DNA of 51,637 nucleotides from a bacterium. Its GTDB lineage: Bacteria; Patescibacteriota; Microgenomatia; UBA8517. The number at the start of each line of letters is the position of its first letter. Positions within the stretch are counted from its first letter, which is position 1. The notes under the pieces were generated by a model, which ran no database searches, was not told the origin of the DNA, and worked only from the letters and a program-made list of their open reading frames with translations. The stretch covers positions 1 through 51,637 of the forward strand of contig JAJYIG010000002.1 in assembly GCA_021790215.1 (NCBI GenBank), read 5' to 3'. A program made the position numbers and the translations under genes. Of this stretch, positions 35,133-44,631 are shown piece by piece.

Positions 35133-36017
35133 TTATAGTCCTTCCTCCTTCATCTCCTCAATTAGATTCTTCTGATCTCTGTTCAGTTTTTCCGGAGTCC
35201 GGATGTTTATTCTTACATATTCATCCCCCTTGCCCCTGCCGTGGAGGTGAGGCGCACCTCGCTCCCTTAGGCGCATCATCGTTCCGGATTGAGTACCCGG
35301 GCGAACTCTAATTTTCACATCTTCATCAATTGTCGGAACTTTAATTTCGCCTCCCAAAACTGCTAAAGAAAAGGGGATCCCGACTGCTACATAAATATCG
35401 TCATCCTGTCTTTCAAAAATTTTATCTGGTCTAACACTGACAGAAAGTCTAAAATCACCAAAATCAATTGTGGCTCCTTCATAAATCCCTGCCGGAATTT
35501 TAATTTTTCTTTTCTTGCCGCCAATACTGACTTCTTTACTGACCCCTTTGACCGCTTCCATAAAGTCAATTTGAATAGAATATCTGGGAACCTGCCTGGC
35601 TCGTGCTCCTCCGAAAGGATTTCCGCCGCCAAAAAATTGTTCAAAAATATCAAACGGGTCTCCAAAATCCATGTTTCCAAAAGGGTTTCCGCTACCACCG
35701 GTTGTATATGTATAAGTGAATGGGCCAGATTGACCCCCAAATCCTCCTGCAAAGGGATTACCACCACCCGAAGCTCCTCCTCCCGGGGCAAAAGCAGCAT
35801 GCCCAAACTGATCATAAGCGGATTTTTTTTGAGGATCGGAAAGAACTTGGTAAGCCTCGTTTATTTCCTTAAACTTTTTTTCTGCTGCTTCTTTATCATC
35901 CTTATGCCTATCCGGATGCCACGCCAAGGCCTGCTTGCGGTAAGCCTTTTTTATTTCATCCGTCGAAGCACTTTTGCCTACTCCCAGGATTTCGTAGTAA
36001 TCCGTATTTGTAGCCAT
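35133..36017 (-). CDS. dnaJ: J-domain co-chaperone of DnaJ class II / CbpA type (no Cys-rich zinc-finger domain)
   Basis: The 294-aa ORF has a J domain ([33 protein letters not shown]), a G/F-rich region and C-terminal substrate-binding domains. It has no CxxCxGxG repeats; no Cys is visible in that region. Confidence 0.88.
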   Translation of the reverse strand: MATNTDYYEILGVGKSASTDEIKKAYRKQALAWHPDRHKDDKEAAEKKFKEINEAYQVLSDPQKKSAYDQFGHAAFAPGGGASGGGNPFAGGFGGQSGPFTYTYTTGGSGNPFGNMDFGDPFDIFEQFFGGGNPFGGARARQVPRYSIQIDFMEAVKGVSKEVSIGGKKRKIKIPAGIYEGATIDFGDFRLSVSVRPDKIFERQDDDIYVAVGIPFSLAVLGGEIKVPTIDEDVKIRVRPGTQSGTMMRLRERGAPHLHGRGKGDEYVRINIRTPEKLNRDQKNLIEEMKEEGL

Positions 36018-36027
36018 GAAATGAAGC

Positions 36028-37941
36028 TTACTCTACCACTTCGCCTTCTTCAACCTTTTCGTCCTTTTTCTTTTCTTCTCCGTCACTTTCCTTCTTGCTT
36101 TCTCCCTCGGAAGGCTCGGGACCTGCGGCGCCCTTGGCACCTTCTGCATACATTGCCTGCCCAATCTGACTTAAAGTATCTGACAAATCTTTTGTTGCCG
36201 TTTCAATATCTTCCTTACCGGAATCTTCTTTAGCCGCAACCTCTTTAACCTTCTTAACTTTCTCTTCGACCTGCTCCTTAATCTTTGAATCGACCTTGTC
36301 TCCCGCATCTTTAATGGCTTTTTCGGCCGTTGCCACCATGGCATCTGCATTATTCTTGGCTTTAATTACTTCAGCCTTCTTTTCATCCTCGGCTTTATGC
36401 TTCTCGGCCTCTTCCTGCATCCTTTTAACTTCATCATCGGAAAGCCCCACCGCACCGGTAATCTTGATATTCTGAGTTTTGCTGGTTGCTTTATCTTTTG
36501 CGGTTACGGTTAAGATTCCACTGACATCCATATCGAAAGTGACCTCAACCTGAGGAACACCACGCGGCGCAGGAGGAATTCCATCAAGAATAAATGTGCC
36601 CAGAGTTTTATTATCAGCACTCATCGGCCTCTCACCCTGAGTTACGACAATCTGAACTTGAGTCTGGTTATCAGAAGCTGTTGAAAAAATCTCGGTTTTA
36701 CTGGTTGGAACTGTGGTATTTCTCGGAATCATTGGGGTTGCAACCCCTCCCAAGGTTTCGATTGCCAAAGTAAGAGGGGTAACATCGAGCAGCAAGATAT
36801 CTTTGACCTCCCCACCCAAAACTCCGCCTTGGATTGCAGCACCAACAGCCACAACCTCATCGGGGTTAACCGACTGATTCGGATCTTTACCAAAGAAGTT
36901 CTTAACTGTTTCAACGACCTTGGGCATGCGAGTCATACCTCCCACCATAATTACTTCATCGACATCGTGCGGATCAAGTTTTGCATCCTTAAGACAATTC
37001 TCAACCGGTTTGATTGTTTTTTGGATAAGCTCGTCAACCAAGCTTTCCATCTTGGCACGGGTCAACTTCATTGTTAAGTGCAAGGGTTGCCCGTCTTTTT
37101 GAGTAATGTAGGGCTGGTTTATTTCAACCTCGTTTGCTGCGGAAAGCTCAATCTTGGCTTTTTCTGCAGCGTCCCTTACTCTTTGATATGCCTGTGTATC
37201 AGCTTTGAGATCAACTCCGTTTTCTTTTTTAAATTCAGAGACGATGTAATCAACTATGACTGCATCAAAGTCGTCTCCTCCAAGATGAGTGTCCCCGTTT
37301 GTGGCTTTAACTTCGATAACACCATCACCAATTTCAAGAATCGAAATATCAAATGTTCCACCCCCGAGATCATAAACTGCAATTTTCTCTGCATTCTTTT
37401 TATCCATGCCATAAGCAAGTGCTGCTGCGGTTGGCTCATTAATAATCCTTTCAACTTTAAGTCCTGCGATTTCTCCGGCCTGTTTTGTGGCCTGTCTTTG
37501 CGCATCGTCAAAATATGCCGGTACAGTAATAACTGCCTGGTCAACTTTTTCACCTATGTGAGCTTCGGCATCCTTTTTAAGTTTCATTAGAACCCTGGCG
37601 CCTATTTCCTGAGGAGTATAGTTCTTGCCTTCGATTTCGATATCGGCCATTCCGTTTTTGCCATCCACAATTTTGTAAGGAACCATTTCGATTGTCCTTT
37701 TAACTTCCTTATCGGAGAATCTTCTACCCATCAGGCGTTTTGCAGAATAGATCGTGTTTTTGGCATTAAGAATCATTTGCCTTTTGGCAACATCCCCGAC
37801 TAAATTTTTAACCGGCTCAACAACAGAGGGAGTTGTGTTTTTACCAGTATCAATTGCCGAGATAACAACGGGGCGACCTGCCTCCATTACGGCAACGCAT
37901 GAATTTGTAGTTCCTAAATCTATTCCAATAATTTTTCCCAT
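36028..37941 (-). CDS. dnaK: Molecular chaperone DnaK (Hsp70)
   Basis: The 637-aa ORF contains [25 protein letters not shown] and VGGMTRMP, with full Hsp70 architecture. Confidence 0.98.
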   Translation of the reverse strand: MGKIIGIDLGTTNSCVAVMEAGRPVVISAIDTGKNTTPSVVEPVKNLVGDVAKRQMILNAKNTIYSAKRLMGRRFSDKEVKRTIEMVPYKIVDGKNGMADIEIEGKNYTPQEIGARVLMKLKKDAEAHIGEKVDQAVITVPAYFDDAQRQATKQAGEIAGLKVERIINEPTAAALAYGMDKKNAEKIAVYDLGGGTFDISILEIGDGVIEVKATNGDTHLGGDDFDAVIVDYIVSEFKKENGVDLKADTQAYQRVRDAAEKAKIELSAANEVEINQPYITQKDGQPLHLTMKLTRAKMESLVDELIQKTIKPVENCLKDAKLDPHDVDEVIMVGGMTRMPKVVETVKNFFGKDPNQSVNPDEVVAVGAAIQGGVLGGEVKDILLLDVTPLTLAIETLGGVATPMIPRNTTVPTSKTEIFSTASDNQTQVQIVVTQGERPMSADNKTLGTFILDGIPPAPRGVPQVEVTFDMDVSGILTVTAKDKATSKTQNIKITGAVGLSDDEVKRMQEEAEKHKAEDEKKAEVIKAKNNADAMVATAEKAIKDAGDKVDSKIKEQVEEKVKKVKEVAAKEDSGKEDIETATKDLSDTLSQIGQAMYAEGAKGAAGPEPSEGESKKESDGEEKKKDEKVEEGEVVE

Positions 37942-37953
37942 AACTTCTTTTTA

Positions 37954-37978
37954 GAGTTGACATATTTTATGTCAACTC
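37954..37978. promoter_or_regulatory. 10-bp inverted repeat 12 nt upstream of the dnaK start codon
   Basis: GAGTTGACAT-ATTTT-ATGTCAACTC spans 37954-37978, and the dnaK ATG is at 37941-37939. Each arm contains TTGACA. No T-run follows on the minus strand, so it is not a classical terminator. Confidence 0.45.
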
Positions 37979-38077
37979 GGCAAACCTATAAATAACTGTT
38001 ATATAAAATTCATCCCCTGAGATTTTTTGAATCGTTTAATCTCTACTGACAGAATTTTATATTATATCTTTTGACTT

Positions 38078-38545
38078 CTAATTACTTACCTTGTATACCT
38101 TAACTTTTGCTGGTCTAATTATGAATGATTCGTCTCTAATTTTCCAGCCTGTTTGAATTACTTCTGCAACAGTATTTTCTGTTCCTCCTGCAACCATTTC
38201 TGTAACTTCTTCTTCCAGAGGATTAAACTCATCCCCAACCCCAATTATAATTTCTTCAACCCCCAAATCATACAAAGACTTTTTAAATTCTCCAATTACT
38301 ATTTCAAGACCCGCATCTTGTAAGTGTTTTTGTGCCTCTAGAATCATATCAAACACCGGCAAAAGTTTCAAAACCATTTTTGATGCTGCGATTTTCTCCC
38401 AAGCTGCTTTTTCGGATTCAACTCTTTTACTTAAATTATCATAATCCGCCAAAGCTCTTGCCAACATTCCCTTAACACTCTCCAATTCCTCATGTACTTT
38501 ATCCTGTGCTTTTTCTTTTTCTTCCCGCTTTTTACCTTTCACCAT
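38078..38545 (-). CDS. grpE: Nucleotide exchange factor GrpE (short form)
   Basis: The 155-aa ORF has a coiled-coil N-terminus (LARALADYDNLSKRVESEK) and a C-terminal beta domain (VIQTGWKIRDESFIIRPAKVKV). It sits between hrcA and dnaK. Confidence 0.88.
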   Translation of the reverse strand: MVKGKKREEKEKAQDKVHEELESVKGMLARALADYDNLSKRVESEKAAWEKIAASKMVLKLLPVFDMILEAQKHLQDAGLEIVIGEFKKSLYDLGVEEIIIGVGDEFNPLEEEVTEMVAGGTENTVAEVIQTGWKIRDESFIIRPAKVKVYKVSN

Positions 38546-38547
38546 AT

Positions 38548-39294
38548 TTATTGATTAGCTACCTCCTCAATTAGATTACCAAAATATCTTAAGATTGGAA
38601 TAATTGTTCCATAATTTACCCTGGCCGGCCCGATTACCCCCAAAGCGCCGAGTTTGCCCTTGATATTAAAGTGTGTGGCAATAATACCTGTCGCGGCAAG
38701 TTCCGGAATTCCCAACTCTTCACCAAAAAGTACTTCCAGAGGGGAAGGAGCTTCGATTCCGAAAAATAACCTATCGAGTTTATCAAGTTCATCAAAAATC
38801 GAAAAAAGATTTTGACAAACCTGAACATCAGCAAATTCCGGATTCTGGAAAATATAGCTATGTCCCGCTTGCCAAAACCTATCCTTCTTGTCTTTAAGGG
38901 CTGCAACTGCAAGAGATTTTGTTCTGTTAGCAAGGGCGTGAGTAGCCTCATTCATTAATCTATCAACATCATCACGACTATCCCAAACTTCCTCTTTTGC
39001 TTTGACTTCATCAACTAAACTCATCTTTTTCTCATCCATTAGTTGATCTATATAAAACTTCATCGCCAGGGGACTGGGGATTCTACCGGCTGAAGCGTGT
39101 GGTTGTCTCAAGTATCCCGCTCTTGTTAAAGCGACCATTTCATTTCTGATTGTTGCAGGTGAAACTCCGAGGTTATATTTTTTGTCCATTGCCTCGCTTC
39201 CCACGGGTTCAGCTGTCGCGATGTACTCGTCAATAATTGTCTTAAGAATTCGCGTCTGCCTTGCAGTTAATCCGTCAGTCATAGTTCGATTCAC
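38548..39294 (-). CDS. hrcA: Heat-inducible transcription repressor HrcA (short form)
   Basis: The 248-aa ORF contains LTARQTRILKTIIDEYIATAEPVGSEAM...VSPATIRNEMVALTRAGYLRQPHASAGRIPS, the typical HrcA winged-helix N-terminus. A CIRCE element lies immediately upstream. Confidence 0.88.
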   Translation of the reverse strand: MNRTMTDGLTARQTRILKTIIDEYIATAEPVGSEAMDKKYNLGVSPATIRNEMVALTRAGYLRQPHASAGRIPSPLAMKFYIDQLMDEKKMSLVDEVKAKEEVWDSRDDVDRLMNEATHALANRTKSLAVAALKDKKDRFWQAGHSYIFQNPEFADVQVCQNLFSIFDELDKLDRLFFGIEAPSPLEVLFGEELGIPELAATGIIATHFNIKGKLGALGVIGPARVNYGTIIPILRYFGNLIEEVANQ

Positions 39295-39334
39295 TTTGTT
39301 CGCTCACCACTTAGTACTTAGCGAGGTCAAAGTA

Positions 39335-39371
39335 TTAGCAGTAATGTACATCGAGTGCTAATTGATGTCAA
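39335..39371 (-). promoter_or_regulatory. CIRCE operator overlapping a sigma70-type promoter for hrcA-grpE-dnaK-dnaJ
   Basis: The minus strand reads TTGACA (39371-39366), a 17-nt spacer, then TACATT (39348-39343). Embedded in it is TTAGCACTC-GATGTACAT-TACTGCTAA (39361-39335). The CIRCE consensus is TTAGCACTC-N9-GAGTGCTAA; one arm matches perfectly and the other has 2 mismatches. Confidence 0.75.
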
Positions 39372-39387
39372 GACCCTTTTTGCCAAC

Positions 39388-41106
39388 TCACTCTTCCCCT
39401 GTGGTTGGGCTTATAGGCTCCTGTTCCTTTTGAGAAATCTCAGGAAGAATCTTTTTCTGAATTATTTTCTTGGTAACTATCAGGAAATATTTTGCCTCAG
39501 GAATCCGCAAAATAAGTGATGCCCCCAAGTAAACCAATATTCCGACCACAAAAGCTACAAAAGTTAAGATAATAACATTAAGAGTGTAGCGCGTATCCAA
39601 AACAAAGTTCTGGAATGGAATATTGGAGAGGACTTCGCTTCTGGTCAAAAAAGAAAGTCTTTTTATCCAGACAGAAGCGTCAAAAAATTTAATAAGGAAA
39701 AACATGGACATTCCGGAAATTACCACTGCAGTCAAAATTTTAGCTAGATGTGTAAAGAAACCTTTGTTAATTATGCCACCAACGCGCTTATGAATTAAAA
39801 TTGTTAAGATAATCGCCTCAACATAGGTGCTTAAAGAAAACGCCGCTGCGAGAGCCCAAACCGGAAGATGAAGGCCGTAAATAAGGAAAAAGTCTCCCAA
39901 CACAAGAACGGCCAGCCCGATAAAGGAAATCTTCACAGGAGTTACGGTATCGTGAAGAGCAAAAAAGGCCCTGGCAAGAATTGACATAAGGGTTTGGGTA
40001 ACAATTCCAATAGCAAAAACGGACAGGGTAGCGCCTGTTTGGACTGTTGCATCCCAATCAAAAATTTTAGTTCCATATACAAGACGTACTATAGGGATCC
40101 TCAGAACTATTAATGCAGCTGATACCGGCAAACTCAAGAATATTGCTTGGAAGATAGCCACATTGAGGATTCTTCTGAACTTAGATGGCTTATCGTCAAC
40201 ACCCGAAAGAAGTGGTAAAACAGCCTTGGCAAGAGATGTCCCAAAAAGTGTAACCGGCAAAACCTGCAGAGTATTGGCAAAGGTAAAGTAAGTGTATGAT
40301 GCCTGTGATATTATCGAAGAAAGGAATAGTTCAACAGTTGAACCTACCTGATTGAAAGCCAAATCAATAACTCTAGGGAGGGCAAGATGCCCGATTCTTT
40401 TAACACCCTCGTCAACCTTGAGATCCCAAACAAATCTGAAACCGAGCTTTCTGGAAAGAGGAAACTGAACTAAAAAGTGACATGCTGCGCCAATTACAAC
40501 CCCGAAAACCGGCCCCATAAGCCCAAAGTGTGGAGAAAAAAATATTGTACCCAAAATTATTCCGAGATTATAAAAAAGTGGGGCAAGAGCAGGAACAAGA
40601 AACCTTCTCAAAGATTCCAAAACTCCGGTTAAGACATAACTAACTACAAAGAAGCCCTGCGCTGCGAAAAGAATTCGGGCCAAAGTTGCAATCTCGGCCG
40701 TTTCCCCATCTGTGAATCCCGGAGCAATAACAGAATAGATTTGAGGTGCCCAGATTCCCATAATTATCGCCGCCGCCACAAAAATCAAAACACCTATAGC
40801 AACAACTCTGCCTGCAATCTCCCATGCCCTCTCCTTTCCTTCTTTCAGCGCTTTGGTAAAAACTGGAATAAAGGCGGAGGAAAATGTTCCAAAAACTAAA
40901 ACCTGGAAGATGGAGTCCGGCAATCTGAACGCTGCAAAGAAAAGCGAAAGTTCATCAGGAGTAAAAAAGTAAGCCAGAACCCTTTGACGAACAAGTCCCA
41001 AAACGCTACTGGCAATAATCATTATCATAATGAGAGTTGCCGCGGAAAGGACAGTGTTCTGCTGGGAATTTAAAATTTTTTTACCCCGTGTAATAATGCC
41101 TTCCAT
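39388..41106 (-). CDS. murJ: Lipid II flippase MurJ (MviN family)
   Basis: The 572-aa polytopic membrane ORF has an N-terminal MurJ pattern (SSVLGLVRQRVLAYFFTPDELSLFFAAFRLPDSIFQVLVFGTFSSAFIPVFTK). Confidence 0.85.
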   Translation of the reverse strand: MEGIITRGKKILNSQQNTVLSAATLIMIMIIASSVLGLVRQRVLAYFFTPDELSLFFAAFRLPDSIFQVLVFGTFSSAFIPVFTKALKEGKERAWEIAGRVVAIGVLIFVAAAIIMGIWAPQIYSVIAPGFTDGETAEIATLARILFAAQGFFVVSYVLTGVLESLRRFLVPALAPLFYNLGIILGTIFFSPHFGLMGPVFGVVIGAACHFLVQFPLSRKLGFRFVWDLKVDEGVKRIGHLALPRVIDLAFNQVGSTVELFLSSIISQASYTYFTFANTLQVLPVTLFGTSLAKAVLPLLSGVDDKPSKFRRILNVAIFQAIFLSLPVSAALIVLRIPIVRLVYGTKIFDWDATVQTGATLSVFAIGIVTQTLMSILARAFFALHDTVTPVKISFIGLAVLVLGDFFLIYGLHLPVWALAAAFSLSTYVEAIILTILIHKRVGGIINKGFFTHLAKILTAVVISGMSMFFLIKFFDASVWIKRLSFLTRSEVLSNIPFQNFVLDTRYTLNVIILTFVAFVVGILVYLGASLILRIPEAKYFLIVTKKIIQKKILPEISQKEQEPISPTTGEE

Positions 41107-41239
41107 ATTCTGATAGAATTCTCCGAATTATATGACAGCGTCAATTTACCCACTTGCTACGCAAGATTCGATCTTGACTGTTGTCATTGATATTCTAACT
41201 ACTTTACCGTATACTAACAATCTAGAATTTTATATTGTT

Positions 41240-41536
41240 ATGCCAGTAACCAAAACAGCCAAAAGAGCCTTACGGGGTTCCAAAAACAAAGAGTCTGTGA
41301 ACAGCCTTATTATGACAAAACTTGAAATTGCCATAAGGGGAGCCAGAAAAAATAAAACCTCACAAAAGATCATTTCCGCAATTTCTCTTACGGATAGGGC
41401 AGCCAAAAAGAAAGTCATTCATAAAAACAAGGCAGCAAGAATTAAGGCTCAACTGGCCAAATTGCTTGTGAAGAAATCTGAAAGTCAAAGTTCCAAAAAA
41501 AATAAGAAAACTACTAGCCGTAAAGTGGCTAAATAA
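41240..41536 (+). CDS. rpsT: 30S ribosomal protein S20
   Basis: The internal start MPVTKTAKRALRGSKNKESVN... at 41240 gives a 98-aa basic protein typical of S20. The track ORF start at 41132 would add a non-S20 leader. Confidence 0.85.
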   Translation: MPVTKTAKRALRGSKNKESVNSLIMTKLEIAIRGARKNKTSQKIISAISLTDRAAKKKVIHKNKAARIKAQLAKLLVKKSESQSSKKNKKTTSRKVAK

Positions 41537-41672
41537 TCAGATCTCTCCGGTGTCATATCCGAAAATTTTTTGAATCTTCTGAGCGTCCCAATACTCTGAT
41601 CTTCCGACCGGACTTTTCATATGCTATATTGTGAGTAGAAACGATTATCGGAAATCGTTAGCTAATTTGCAT

Positions 41673-42206
41673 ATGCCCAAAACAAAATCCATCAACCTTT
41701 TGCCTCAAGATGAATTTGATGCTTCAGTTATCGGTCGTGTTCTCCATTGGGCAATGGGAACTTTCCGCATTATCGTAATAGTTACAGAAATGATAGTTAT
41801 GGGAGCATTTATATCCCGCTTCTGGCTTGACGCACAAAATTCTGCTGTAAGTAATAATATTAAAGTCAAAGCAGCACAGATTTCTGCTCAAGCTACACAA
41901 GAAAAGCAGTTCAGAGAAATTCAGTCAAAAGTAAACGTTTATAAGGCAATAGCAACTGGCACCCAACCTTCACAAATAATCGACAACGTCACTTCAAATC
42001 TTCCTCCCGATGTGACCCTGACGGGAGTTTCCATATCTGCAAATTCTGTCCAAATAAAAGGCTCTTCTCCGTCGGATCAGGAAATAGCACAATTTATAGC
42101 CAATCTAAAAGCAGAAACACTGTTCAAGACAGTTGACTTGAATCAAGTAAGTTTGTCGCAAAGTGGCACAATACAAACAGTTTTTATAATTCAAATTACA
42201 TACTAA
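41673..42206 (+). CDS. PilN-like type IV pilus alignment-complex protein
   Basis: MPKTKSINLLPQDEF... carries the PilN N-terminal INLLP motif, which is the PilM-binding peptide. One TM helix follows (FRIIVIVTEMIVMGAFISRFW), then a coiled coil and a small C-terminal domain. I prefer the ATG at 41673 to the GTG at 41631. Confidence 0.6.
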   Translation: MPKTKSINLLPQDEFDASVIGRVLHWAMGTFRIIVIVTEMIVMGAFISRFWLDAQNSAVSNNIKVKAAQISAQATQEKQFREIQSKVNVYKAIATGTQPSQIIDNVTSNLPPDVTLTGVSISANSVQIKGSSPSDQEIAQFIANLKAETLFKTVDLNQVSLSQSGTIQTVFIIQITY

Positions 42207-42208
42207 AA

Positions 42209-42862
42209 ATGGCACTTGGTTGGAGAGGATCATACTTAAGATATAAAAGTTTTTTCTTAAACATTTCCGAGCTTTACAAAAAGCGTGCGGATTTCAGGGC
42301 TTTTCTGGAAATAGTCCTCTCTATTTCTACCGTAATAATATTTTTACTCTTCGCACTAAAACCAACAGCAGTAACTATTATCACCCTCTTGCAGGATATT
42401 AAACAAAAAAATGAAACTCTTTCTGCATTGACTCTGAAAGAAAACAACTTACAAACCGCAGAAGCACTTTTGGTACAAAATCAATCTTATCTTCCAGATA
42501 TTGATAATGCCGTACCGACCGCGGCTTCCCCTGATCTTTTGGTAAAACAAATTGAAGGACTTGCCGCCAAAGATTCTGTAAATATTATTGGAGCATCTGT
42601 CAACCAGGTTACAATCCTGGGAACACTACCCCAAAAAAGTAGCACAGTTGGAGCCAAGACTCCGCCAGGAAATACAAATAAAATGCCTTTCTCCGTAAGT
42701 ATCAGGGGAAGCTATTCAAACCTAATGATGTTTATAACAGATTTTGAAAACCTGAGAGTCATAACAGAGATAAACGATCTGGAAATTAGCTCTTCCGCAA
42801 CCGATAAAGGCAGAGTTATAGTAGCTGTAATTTCCGGATGGGAGCCGTTCGTGGGGAATTAA
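42209..42862 (+). CDS. PilO-like membrane protein
   Basis: The 217-aa ORF starts 2 nt after the PilN-like stop. It has a basic N-terminus, a TM helix (ISTVIIFLLFALKPTAVTIITLL), a coiled coil (QDIKQKNETLSALTLKENNLQTAEALL) and a ferredoxin-like-sized C-terminal domain. This is PilO architecture. Assignment is by architecture and position only. Confidence 0.5.
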   Translation: MALGWRGSYLRYKSFFLNISELYKKRADFRAFLEIVLSISTVIIFLLFALKPTAVTIITLLQDIKQKNETLSALTLKENNLQTAEALLVQNQSYLPDIDNAVPTAASPDLLVKQIEGLAAKDSVNIIGASVNQVTILGTLPQKSSTVGAKTPPGNTNKMPFSVSIRGSYSNLMMFITDFENLRVITEINDLEISSSATDKGRVIVAVISGWEPFVGN

Positions 42863-42870
42863 AAAATGAT

Positions 42871-43209
42871 ATGAACAAAAACAAACTGCCAAGCACAATA
42901 TTGATATTGATATTAACTCTGTTTACTGTAATCTTTTGGGTTTTATTTAGCATCTATAGGGCTATAACAGTAAAACCTGTTCCAACAGTACCGGATCAAG
43001 TTTCTGCGTCTTTAAATCCCACTCTGGATCAAAATTCGATAAATAAAATCGAATCAAATATTTTTTTCAATGATTCACAAATTCCGGACAACGTTTTGAT
43101 TGCCCCAACTCCGGGATCTCAACCGACAACAGCACCTTCATTACCGACTCCGGTGGCAACACCAACGGGTAGCGCAAGTTCGAGTGCAAATCCCAACCCT
43201 AGTCCGTAA
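42871..43209 (+). CDS. Small signal-anchored protein with a Pro/Thr/Ser-rich tail
   Basis: MNKNKLPSTILILILTLFTVIFWVLFSIY... is followed by ...APTPGSQPTTAPSLPTPVATPTGSASSSANPNPSP. I prefer the ATG at 42871 to the track start at 42838, which overlaps the previous gene. Confidence 0.5.
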   Translation: MNKNKLPSTILILILTLFTVIFWVLFSIYRAITVKPVPTVPDQVSASLNPTLDQNSINKIESNIFFNDSQIPDNVLIAPTPGSQPTTAPSLPTPVATPTGSASSSANPNPSP

Positions 43210-43236
43210 GAATGAATATTATTCGGAAGAAAGGTC

Positions 43237-44631
43237 ATGATTAAAATAAGCAAAATCCCAACAATCCTAGGTATTCTAATTCTCCTTGCCGGAGTTATAG
43301 CTGGTGTGTATTTCCTCAATCGTGCGCAGATTTTCAATGCCGGCGCTTCTCCCACTGTAACACCCAAAGACATCAGGATGAGTAACATTACTGATACTTC
43401 GGCAACAATTTCGTGGATAACAGCAGACCAAACTTCAGATTTCGTCTTTTGGGGAACTTCTCAAGGATCACTGGGCAAGGTTGGTAACGAAAGTACGTCG
43501 GACCAGAAATACTTTACCCACAGCATCACCTTGACAGGCCTAAGTCCTAGTACAACTTACTTCTACAAAATAAACTCAAATGGAGGCAATTTTGACAACA
43601 ACGGCATCCCTTGGCAATTTACAACAGGGCCAGCTATTACTGAAGGTCAAAACTCGATTACCGTTTCGGGGTCGGTAATCACTTCTTCAGGAGCACCTTC
43701 AAAAAGAGCCATTGTTTATATAACAATCGATGGTTATGTACTTTCAACTCTCACTTCAGACGGAGGAAATTTTGTCTTGCAACTTGGATCGGCAAGGACA
43801 TCGGACCTTACTGCCTTTGCACAAATAGACCCTTCCCAAACCACCCTATCCATCTCCGTTGAGGGGGAGAGTGGGAACACAGCAACTGCACAAGTTTACC
43901 CACAATCCGCAAATCCAGTTCCACCTCTTATCTTGGGACAATCTCAGGACTTCCGCAGTTTACCGCCAAACCAAACCGGCCAAAATCCCAATGCTAGTTT
44001 GAACTTACCACAAGGATCCTCTCAGGAATCAAAATTCAATGTCTCGACTTCTTCTGCTACCCCAACATCCACAAGTGTTATCCTGGAAAGTATCCAGCAG
44101 GGGGAAACTATCACTACAAATCAACCTCAATTTTTCGGCAAGGGTCCGGGGAGAGAGAAGATAACTATAACAATTCATTCCGAAAATCCAATCAGTGAAA
44201 GTCTCATGATTCCACAAAGTGGTTCGTGGAGCTGGAGCGTTCCCACACCACTCTCAGCAGGGTCCCACACTATTACAATCTCCTGGATAGACGCCTCGGG
44301 AATCACTAGAAGTCTAACCAGAGATTTTGTAGTCCAGGCAGGAGAGATTCCAGCCTTTACCGCATCTCAATCAAGCCAAATTCAGACACCGACTCCGGCA
44401 CCAACTACAGCTCCAACCCCAACTCCGACCACGGCTGCAATCGCAGCGGCTCTACCAACAATTGCACCAACCTCAACACCAGTTGAAATTTCTCCGACAC
44501 CCATAGCCTCCCCCGCAAGTCTCCCTGTAACAGGAGACTTGACTCCCACTATTTTCCTCTCCATAATGGGATTAATAATAATTGTCTTTAGCTTTATTGT
44601 CTGGAAATCAGCTGAGAATCAAAATGCCTAA
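43237..44631 (+). CDS. LPXTG-anchored multidomain surface protein (FN3-like, CarboxypepD_reg-like and Ig-like domains, PT linker)
   Basis: This 464-aa ORF has a GAAAGG ribosome-binding site upstream. Its N-terminal anchor is KIPTILGILILLAGVIAGVYF. The FN3/purple-acid-phosphatase-N pattern is ISWITADQTSDFVFWG...THSITLTGLSPSTTYFYKI. The beta-sandwich pattern is VSGSVITSSGAPSKRAIVYITIDGYVLSTLTSDGGNFVL. The C-terminal sorting signal is LPVTG (44521-44535) followed by a hydrophobic stretch and then KSAENQNA. Confidence 0.8.
   Translation: MIKISKIPTILGILILLAGVIAGVYFLNRAQIFNAGASPTVTPKDIRMSNITDTSATISWITADQTSDFVFWGTSQGSLGKVGNESTSDQKYFTHSITLTGLSPSTTYFYKINSNGGNFDNNGIPWQFTTGPAITEGQNSITVSGSVITSSGAPSKRAIVYITIDGYVLSTLTSDGGNFVLQLGSARTSDLTAFAQIDPSQTTLSISVEGESGNTATAQVYPQSANPVPPLILGQSQDFRSLPPNQTGQNPNASLNLPQGSSQESKFNVSTSSATPTSTSVILESIQQGETITTNQPQFFGKGPGREKITITIHSENPISESLMIPQSGSWSWSVPTPLSAGSHTITISWIDASGITRSLTRDFVVQAGEIPAFTASQSSQIQTPTPAPTTAPTPTPTTAAIAAALPTIAPTSTPVEISPTPIASPASLPVTGDLTPTIFLSIMGLIIIVFSFIVWKSAENQNA

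Noticed and set aside
41107-41239. The strand switch between murJ (minus) and rpsT (plus) could mark a replication origin.
   Set aside because: The 133-bp spacer has no TTATCCACA-type DnaA boxes. No dnaA or dnaN is nearby, and a minus-strand gene reappears at 46971. This is probably just a divergent promoter region.
41132-41239. The track start of the S20 ORF at 41132 gives a 36-codon leader.
   Set aside because: The S20 consensus begins at MPVTKTAKRALR (41240). The upstream part is non-basic and would lie in the divergent promoter region.
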